A DNA stretch of 64,000 nucleotides, taken from IMG/VR virus record IMGVR_UViG_3300027373_000191; one strand, given 5' to 3'. Positions within the stretch are counted from its first letter, which is position 1. Each line of letters starts with the position of its first letter. The position numbers and the translations under genes are program-made. The stretch is from an uncultured virus (IMG/VR IMGVR_UViG_3300027373_000191) (taxonomy: Duplodnaviria; Heunggongvirae; Uroviricota; Caudoviricetes). Below are positions 57,395-64,000 of this stretch, piece after piece. The notes beneath the pieces are model-generated. The model had not been told where the DNA came from, did not search any database, and saw only the letters and a list, made by a program, of their open reading frames with translations.

Positions 57395-57736
57395 TTATTT
57401 CAATTTTGTTGGCGGTATTTTATCCAAACCACCAGAGTTTACCCAATCAGTAAACTCTTTATCTTTTTTTAACTTATCAGCAGAGGTATTATCTGCTTTT
57501 TTTAATTCCCTATTTAAAAATTTATCACTATTAAATTCTGGCTTTAACTTTTCTGTCGGCTTAGTCCATCCTTCTCCTTTGAAGATAATTCCAGAACCGC
57601 CAGATATAATTCTCCTGACTTTTAATGTCTTTCCTGTCTTTTCTTCTTTAATCTCTTCGTAAGGTTCGTCTCTTATAGATTGAACAACTTCAAATTGATC
57701 ACCTGTTTCTATTATTTCATAGACATAAGTTGGCAT
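57395..57736 (-). CDS. FmdB-family regulatory-like protein (cysteine-less)
   Basis: MPTYVY....G..FEVVQSI.DEP...RRIISGGSGIIFKG.GW. Confidence 0.75.
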   Translation of the reverse strand: MPTYVYEIIETGDQFEVVQSIRDEPYEEIKEEKTGKTLKVRRIISGGSGIIFKGEGWTKPTEKLKPEFNSDKFLNRELKKADNTSADKLKKDKEFTDWVNSGGLDKIPPTKLK

Positions 57737-57740
57737 TTTA

Positions 57741-60443
57741 CTACTCCCTATCTAATTCTATATCATACGTAAAGCTCTTTCCATCTGGATGAACGCCAAA
57801 AAACTTCTGTGAGGCTGTGCTTGCTGAAAGCAGCTCATTAATAGAATAATCATCTCCTCCAGCAAAAGATGAGTTCATAATTATTCTTCCGCCAGAACTT
57901 GTCTCTAATTCCGCCATTTGATGGAAGTGACCCATACAATTGTGAACACCATAATTATTTGCTGTATAAGAATTACTTCCATTTGTTCTAAAATTATATA
58001 CAGGCAAATCTTTAACTTTCTCTTTCTGTATTTTTTTTATTTTCGCAAATAACATTCCATTAACGATTACAATATCTTGTGTTCTTTCTTTTTTATATTT
58101 ATAATTACTATCAACTTCTTTTAATATATTATTTAATTTTTCATTAAAAATTCCATATATAGAATTAGTATAACATATGTTTCCTGCACTATTTACATAT
58201 GTAGATAAAGAAGATGAGTAACCGCATCTATGTAACAATAAAAACAATTGATTCCCAAGTGTTTTAGATACGGTGCTACAATTTATTTCAAATCTTTCAT
58301 TTTTACACTTTCTTTTAGTTTGTCTCGTATGCCCATCTCCCAAAATAAAACCATAAATAATTTCTTTTTGTATTTCTATATCACATTCCATCATGTCCAT
58401 CGGTATCTTTTTATTATGTGATCCATTACCAAATAGATTATAAAATAGTTGACCCAATAATTTATTAGATATAATTAATGTCTTTGATGAATCATCGGCA
58501 ACAGATAAACAAAACCCCTTTGTTATTCCAAAGTCTTCTTCTAAAACTTTTTTACAAAAATCCAGATATTCTTTTTCTCGCAAAGTATGTCCAAATGTAA
58601 ATGATATTCCATTTATTTTTTCTATATACTCTTTGTTTTTATTTTTACAGTTAGTAGTAAAAGAACCCTCGGCCAACCAAAAACCAAACATCTTCGCAAT
58701 TTTTTTAGATAAAATTACTTTTTCTGGGATACCAATTGTATTTCCGCTCCCCTTTCCCATTAAGAATATTCTGTCTTTTTTTATATTATATTTTTTATTA
58801 GGAAGTTTTTTAATACAATCAATTTCTTCTACATTTCTTATTGTTGTTATAGTCCCTAATTTAACATAATCTCCCTTTTTAATATTTTTTGCTTTAATAA
58901 ACTCTGGTTTATAATTTTCAATCTTACTATCACATTTAGAACATGGATAACAACTACTTTTATTTGGCAAACATAGATATTCTTTTTTCTTTCTTGAAAG
59001 TAATCTGCATTCCATTTTTTCTTTTGGTATAATAAGAAACGGATGATCTTCCGTGCTTTCTACTGTTTTATAATTATATCCACTTTTTATCTTATATATA
59101 TCTCCAGAATATTTATGAGAAAATTTTTCTTGTACAATCACTTTCTCTCCATAAGCATCTACTATTTCTTCCCCTACATTAATCTTATCTATTTCTTCAG
59201 TCTCTCCATTTGGAAGTAATATTTCAGTCTCTTTAGGAAAACACATAAAATCAAATGATTTACAATAATCTACAGCAAATTTCAACATATCTTTTGGATC
59301 GTCTCCTACTTCACTCTTTTGTAATTCTTCCCAAAGACCTTCAATCGATTTCGATTTGTCAAATAAACTTCTAAATTTTGATTCGGCTCTAACCATACCG
59401 TAAAAAGGAAGACCTCCCCATCCTCGCACTTGCTCTCCATGAATTAGGAGGAACTTATTACCCTGAACAGAAGCCACTTGAAATGGCGATCTAGGTACAA
59501 AAAATTCGACATTTTTTTGATTTGAAGAAGATTTTTCTAAAAATTTATACAGAATATAATCCCAATTGACGAATTTTTTTTCCATACCTCTCTTACTTAT
59601 TCTTCCATGATTACCATATACACCATAAAATTTAACATTTTTAAATGCTTTTGAAAGAATAAGGATTGCTTTTTCTAATTCTACAATCAAATCAAATATT
59701 TGATCACAAATATTCTGTTCTGTATGTAGAAAACCCCATTGACCAGCATCGTTGCTACCATGGACGTTATCTCCTAGAGCAAAAACATGGATCGTATCTA
59801 TTTGGCTCGTCGTTCTATGCATAGATGTTATTTTAATTATTTTTGTAATTAAATTTTCAAGTCTTTGCTTAAATATATCTCTATTATAATGAGACAAACC
59901 GCCAACTTCATTTTTATTTACAACTAGTCCTAAATGTAAATCAGACAACAAAAGGACTACGTCCTGTGGTTTAGTTTTAAATGATCTTATAATAGGAATA
60001 TTTATTTCCTCTGGCTGAATCTCTCTTACAGATTTTATGGAGCTAATTATTTTTTTGACAACAATATCTTCTGTAGCTAATTGTTTTAAAAATTCATTTT
60101 GTTTTCTTATTTCATGGCTTAATAATATTTTATCTTTTTCGACATTAAGTTTATTTTCTATTTCCTTAGTAAAATTATTTTCAATAATCTCTTCGCCAGC
60201 ATGATCGTCAATATAAGTTCTGTAAAAATAGTCAATCTCTGCATTAAGAACTTCTTTTTCGGTAAGATCATTATCGTCAAACAGTTTTTGCCAGTCAGTA
60301 TATCTATATTTGTTTCGGGCAGCATTAGATGTGACGTTAAAGATATCACCATATTTATTCCAATTAACTCCTTCTCCATCATAATCATCTCTTACCATCT
60401 TATAGAGCATGAGTTTTTCTTTTAATGACCAAATTTTATTCAC
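57741..60443 (-). CDS. calcineurin-like metallophosphoesterase/nuclease with intein
   Basis: LSDLHLG, LGD..HG, GNHG, IHG, M|CMGHFH. Confidence 0.88.
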   Translation of the reverse strand: MNKIWSLKEKLMLYKMVRDDYDGEGVNWNKYGDIFNVTSNAARNKYRYTDWQKLFDDNDLTEKEVLNAEIDYFYRTYIDDHAGEEIIENNFTKEIENKLNVEKDKILLSHEIRKQNEFLKQLATEDIVVKKIISSIKSVREIQPEEINIPIIRSFKTKPQDVVLLLSDLHLGLVVNKNEVGGLSHYNRDIFKQRLENLITKIIKITSMHRTTSQIDTIHVFALGDNVHGSNDAGQWGFLHTEQNICDQIFDLIVELEKAILILSKAFKNVKFYGVYGNHGRISKRGMEKKFVNWDYILYKFLEKSSSNQKNVEFFVPRSPFQVASVQGNKFLLIHGEQVRGWGGLPFYGMVRAESKFRSLFDKSKSIEGLWEELQKSEVGDDPKDMLKFAVDYCKSFDFMCFPKETEILLPNGETEEIDKINVGEEIVDAYGEKVIVQEKFSHKYSGDIYKIKSGYNYKTVESTEDHPFLIIPKEKMECRLLSRKKKEYLCLPNKSSCYPCSKCDSKIENYKPEFIKAKNIKKGDYVKLGTITTIRNVEEIDCIKKLPNKKYNIKKDRIFLMGKGSGNTIGIPEKVILSKKIAKMFGFWLAEGSFTTNCKNKNKEYIEKINGISFTFGHTLREKEYLDFCKKVLEEDFGITKGFCLSVADDSSKTLIISNKLLGQLFYNLFGNGSHNKKIPMDMMECDIEIQKEIIYGFILGDGHTRQTKRKCKNERFEINCSTVSKTLGNQLFLLLHRCGYSSSLSTYVNSAGNICYTNSIYGIFNEKLNNILKEVDSNYKYKKERTQDIVIVNGMLFAKIKKIQKEKVKDLPVYNFRTNGSNSYTANNYGVHNCMGHFHQMAELETSSGGRIIMNSSFAGGDDYSINELLSASTASQKFFGVHPDGKSFTYDIELDRE
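57939..59243 (-). mobile_element. intein with LAGLIDADG endonuclease (435 aa)
   Basis: Begins CFPKETEI, TEDHPF, FGFWLAEG, YGFILGDG, ends GVHN before C. Confidence 0.92.
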
Positions 60444-60477
60444 TACTTTTCCTCCTTCTTATTTGCTTATTTGAACT

Positions 60478-61521
60478 TTATACGTTTTTGAATGGTCTAT
60501 TATATAATGGATATTTATCTTCGCCAGAAGACATTTTTTTAAGAATTTCTTCCTCTTCTTTATTCAAAGATGTTGGCATTTCCAATAATATAGATATTTG
60601 ATGTTCCATGAATTTTCCATTTTTATCTGGGAAACCTGCATTTATTATATTTATAATATCACCATTTTTACTTTTCTTTGGGATATAAACACTTTTTACG
60701 CCATGAAGAGTCATGACATTAATATGTCCTCCAGTAATTGCGATATTAATAGGTATATAAACCTCTGACTGTACTTTACCTCTGTTATTTACAGAATAAT
60801 ATTCATCTTTATTTATATTTATTCCTATATATATATCTCCATATTTTCCAGAATTTATAATACTCTCATGACCTTTGCCACTTAGCTTTATATATTTACC
60901 GGGCAATATTCCCTTTTGTATCTCTATTTTTTCTTCTAGTCTCTCGGCAATAATCCCTTTTCCATGGCATTTTGAACACGGTTTATCTATTACTTTTCCT
61001 GTACCAGAACATCTCTGACATCTTACTGTCATCCTTAACATTCCACTTGGATCAGAAATAAAAAGCTGTCCTTTACCATGGCATTCTTCGCATGTAGTTA
61101 CTGTCGATCCTTCTTCAATCTTAGTTCCTTTGCATTTAGTACACAATATCCTTCTATTAAAGCTTACTATTTTATTTGATCCAAAAAAAGCTTCTTTTAT
61201 GGATATATTCATAAATGATTTTATATCTAATGACTCTTGAGGTTGACTTGATCTATGGTAACTTTCTCTATTAAAGAATGACTCAAAAATATCATTATGA
61301 TATTCTCTAAAATTTATATTAGATGATTCATCAAATTCTTTTCTTTTTTCTTCATTTTTTATCATTCCATAAGCAGCATTTATTTTTTTAAGTTTATCTT
61401 CAGATTCCTTATTTCCGCCAGTTTTATCTGGATGATATTTTATTGCTAATTTTTTATAAGCTTTTTTTATTTCTTCTTGAGTAGATGTCTTAGACACACC
61501 AAGAATTTCATATGGATTCAT
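60478..61521 (-). CDS. dnaJ: chaperone DnaJ
   Basis: J domain with HPD, four CxxCxGxG-type repeats, C-terminal domain. Confidence 0.95.
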   Translation of the reverse strand: MNPYEILGVSKTSTQEEIKKAYKKLAIKYHPDKTGGNKESEDKLKKINAAYGMIKNEEKRKEFDESSNINFREYHNDIFESFFNRESYHRSSQPQESLDIKSFMNISIKEAFFGSNKIVSFNRRILCTKCKGTKIEEGSTVTTCEECHGKGQLFISDPSGMLRMTVRCQRCSGTGKVIDKPCSKCHGKGIIAERLEEKIEIQKGILPGKYIKLSGKGHESIINSGKYGDIYIGININKDEYYSVNNRGKVQSEVYIPINIAITGGHINVMTLHGVKSVYIPKKSKNGDIINIINAGFPDKNGKFMEHQISILLEMPTSLNKEEEEILKKMSSGEDKYPLYNRPFKNV

Positions 61522-62113
61522 AATTATTTTTTATCTCTCTATACTTACTATATTCTAAAAAATTACTTAAAGATAATAATTTGAAAAAATCTTTATTTTT
61601 AGTAATATCAAAAAGATTTATATTTTCTTCAGCAATATTACTTAAACTTATTTTATTTTCTAAAAATTTTATTTTATTTTTATTTAATATGTTTCTTATG
61701 AAATTACTTAAATTTTCTGAATCACAATATATTCTTATGAAATCATCTTTTTCTTTATTTGAGATTGTCATTCCAGACATTTCTAAAATACCGTAAAATA
61801 TATTCCTATATATAATTTCTTCTTCTTGAATAAAAAAAGGTATTTCATGATATATAATATTATCAATAGATATATCAAAGCAATCTAAAAAATCTTTTAA
61901 TTTTTCAAAAGACTCTATATTTATTAATACTCTAACTCCTTCAAATTTTATTTTATATTCTATATTTTTGTTAATTAAAAATTTTTCAATAAAATCATAC
62001 ATTTCTCTTTTCTTAAAAAATAACTCTATTTCATTATCCTTTTTACCATATTCACATGAATATAGCATTCCAATAAAAAAAGATTCCTCAATATTTGGAT
62101 TTGTTTTACACAT
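61508..62113 (-). CDS. hypothetical protein, possibly degenerate LAGLIDADG fold
   Basis: FFIGMLYS and IFYGILEMSG resemble eroded LAGLIDADG helices. Confidence 0.4.
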   Translation of the reverse strand: MCKTNPNIEESFFIGMLYSCEYGKKDNEIELFFKKREMYDFIEKFLINKNIEYKIKFEGVRVLINIESFEKLKDFLDCFDISIDNIIYHEIPFFIQEEEIIYRNIFYGILEMSGMTISNKEKDDFIRIYCDSENLSNFIRNILNKNKIKFLENKISLSNIAEENINLFDITKNKDFFKLLSLSNFLEYSKYREIKNNYESI

Positions 62114-62117
62114 TTTT

Positions 62118-64000
62118 TTAAAATAACCCCTTTATCGTCCCTTTTATATTTTTGTCAACATAATCAATAGATTGAATATTAAATTCTTCTTCTTCTTTAA
62201 GAATATTAAATCTTGCTTTTGAATGCCTTCCTACAAATTGACCTTTATCATGAAAATCAAATACAAGAGCTTTATTTTTTCCCTCAGAAGTTCTTATTAC
62301 TCTTCCTACCCTTTGTTTTGCTCTATTACTTGATTTCCCTCCTCCTGCCATAATTAACGCAGAAAGTGAGCTTATATCGAGCCCTTCGTCAGCAATCGTG
62401 TTATGGGCACACAATGGGCCAATTCCACAAAAAAAGTTTTCATTCTCTTCAACGGAAATATCATAAACAAATTTTTGATCATTAATTTTTTCTGTTGATT
62501 TAACTAATTCCAAACCATTAGGAAATTTATTTTTATTAGAATAATTTAATTTTCTTTTTGTTTTTATTCTATTTTTAATTATTTCTTTTAAATTTTTATC
62601 TATTTTATAATTTTCTAAAACACATATACTATAATTATCTGATATTTTTTTGTTTTCATGAACACGTTTTTTTACCGTTATGTTTTTATATCCAATGATT
62701 CTTAATAAAAGTATAAAATCTCTTGATAAATGGAACGAACTTGTATGGAGCCTAAATGAATTATATCCCAATGATCCATCTCCCATTATTATTCCATAAA
62801 TATAAGAATTTATTTTTTCTATATCTAAATTATATATAAATCTTGGAATCTTTTTTTCATAAAACCCTATTCCAACGTCAAATACATCCTTAAGTATATT
62901 ATAAAATGTTGAGTTATTTATAATAAATTGTCTATCATTAACATTATATTTTATTCCTAATTTAATCAAACATTGTTCGATATCATTTCTCGTATATTTT
63001 GTATCTACTTCATTCACTATACAGGATGATAAAATTATTCTTTTTGAATCTTTTTTTGATTTTATATTTTTGTCCATATACCCTTCTGATGAATAATATC
63101 CCAAGAATTCACAAAAATCTTTTGTTATTTCAAATTCATCATTAAAAATATCTCTTGATTTTTTTATACATATTTTAATTTTTAAAAATCTTTTAAGAAA
63201 ATCATTTTTATATAAATCTTCTATATTATAATAAAATCTCTTTTTTAATGTTTTATCCAAACATTTATATTTATAATTAAATATTTTTTCTAAATTAAAA
63301 AGAAATAATTTACCCCACTCTGTTATATTATTATTAGAATCTATAATATTATATTCCTTCATTATTTTTATATTACTATAAAATGTTCCTTTGTTAATTT
63401 TTTCTCTTTTTAATATTTTTGCCCAAGTTTTAAATCTTCTAATAATCGGTTGAGATAATGAAGAAGAAAAATAACTATATTTATTATTATTTTTAGTTTC
63501 ATATATTTCATCTATTAAACTAATTTTTGAAATAATTCTTCTTTCATTTAATATTTTATCAAATTCCAAAGGGATAATACATTTTTCTCCATTTTTTTCT
63601 GAAGGCAAAAATTCTTTTAAATTTTCCATATTATCTGTTGTAATTAAACTATGATTATCAGTGACTAGGCATTCAAAATTTTTCTTAGTCCTAACATTTA
63701 TTATATTTGTTTTTCTTTCCTTCCTATGAACATAAGTTATTTTTTTGAATTCAGGATTTTTATTAAATTTATTTAAAGATAAGGCTTCCCATTCTTCATC
63801 TACTTTCTTTGATCCTACAATACCCTTGTTTAAAAATTTTTCAGTAAAATCACCTATAGATATATTCAATATTTCTCCATTTTTTTTATTTTTAACAAAT
63901 ATTTTCTCTTCAGACGGTAAACTGCTACCTATTAATACTTTTATTTTTCCACAATACAAATCTTCTAGTGATTGCGATCTTATTTTTTGAGGAGTTTTAC
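62118..64000 (-). CDS. SF2 helicase C-terminal part with intein (5' end beyond window)
   Basis: Frame open to base 64000; VLIGS|TIADEGLDI (motif V), QRVGRVIR (motif VI). Confidence 0.88.
   Translation of the reverse strand, partial: KTPQKIRSQSLEDLYCGKIKVLIGSSLPSEEKIFVKNKKNGEILNISIGDFTEKFLNKGIVGSKKVDEEWEALSLNKFNKNPEFKKITYVHRKERKTNIINVRTKKNFECLVTDNHSLITTDNMENLKEFLPSEKNGEKCIIPLEFDKILNERRIISKISLIDEIYETKNNNKYSYFSSSLSQPIIRRFKTWAKILKREKINKGTFYSNIKIMKEYNIIDSNNNITEWGKLFLFNLEKIFNYKYKCLDKTLKKRFYYNIEDLYKNDFLKRFLKIKICIKKSRDIFNDEFEITKDFCEFLGYYSSEGYMDKNIKSKKDSKRIILSSCIVNEVDTKYTRNDIEQCLIKLGIKYNVNDRQFIINNSTFYNILKDVFDVGIGFYEKKIPRFIYNLDIEKINSYIYGIIMGDGSLGYNSFRLHTSSFHLSRDFILLLRIIGYKNITVKKRVHENKKISDNYSICVLENYKIDKNLKEIIKNRIKTKRKLNYSNKNKFPNGLELVKSTEKINDQKFVYDISVEENENFFCGIGPLCAHNTIADEGLDISSLSALIMAGGGKSSNRAKQRVGRVIRTSEGKNKALVFDFHDKGQFVGRHSKARFNILKEEEEFNIQSIDYVDKNIKGTIKGLF
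62400..63923 (-). mobile_element. intein with LAGLIDADG endonuclease (508 aa), Ser-initiated
   Basis: Begins SLPSEEKI, TDNHSL, FLGYYSSEG, YGIIMGDG, VYDISVE, ends CAHN before T. Confidence 0.9.

Noticed and set aside
58049..58061. 13-nt match (ATAACATTCCATT) to the flank of the IS-like element as a guide target
   Set aside because: Short, AT-rich and not covering the scaffold-proximal seed; expected by chance
12755..61521. Window being a bacterial chromosome (dnaX, dnaN, dnaJ, clp, two-component genes)
   Set aside because: Terminase, single-strand gene packing, dNMP kinase, homing elements, strong divergence of the host-like genes and lack of ribosomal or core metabolic operons favour a large phage
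12..63990. Numerous short plus-strand and nested ORFs in the track (e.g. 2637-3125, 31822-32205, 50957-51457, 45836-46060)
   Set aside because: Antisense shadows of well-supported genes, F/L/S/I-rich, without RBS or motifs
1..64000. Stop-codon reassignment as seen in some large phages
   Set aside because: Genes are full length in the standard code, and TAA, TAG and TGA all terminate genes with tight packing
1..64000. tRNA, rRNA, CRISPR-Cas, or reverse transcriptase/DGR elements
   Set aside because: No cloverleaf, repeat-spacer array or RT motif recognised in the few intergenic gaps; tRNAscan-SE and Infernal were not run

Overview
AT-rich, densely coding window that reads as part of a large (jumbo/huge) tailed-phage genome in the standard genetic code, with nearly all genes on the minus strand. 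The left half (~1-32 kb) is a virion/late-type region: terminase large and probable small subunits, a trypsin-like protease, two tRNA nucleotidyltransferase-family domains, a three-gene two-component cassette and a 3624-aa multidomain protein. The right half (~32-64 kb) holds replication, nucleotide-metabolism and host-takeover genes: RuvC, HolA, DnaN, DnaX, two sigma factors, Tdk, ThyA, DHFR, Tmk, dNMP kinase, class II RNR, a ClpA/C ATPase, DnaJ and methyltransferases. Five inteins are present. The most striking unexplained signal is a short peptide motif, roughly N-W-Y-K-x-[A/S]-(Q). It sits at the apparent domain junctions of the 3624-aa protein and at the N-termini of three neighbouring proteins. 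This suggests a tag-and-cleave system that loads a cargo of enzymes (CCA-adding enzyme, ADP-ribosyltransferase-like domain, HExxH modules, HAD phosphatase, protease) into the virion. Also present are an ORF-less IS200/IS605-type element retaining an omegaRNA-like right end, and a degenerate RRXRR (IsrB/IscB-like) gene preceded by a structured ~100-nt RNA candidate. All family assignments come from motif recognition by eye; no searches were run.
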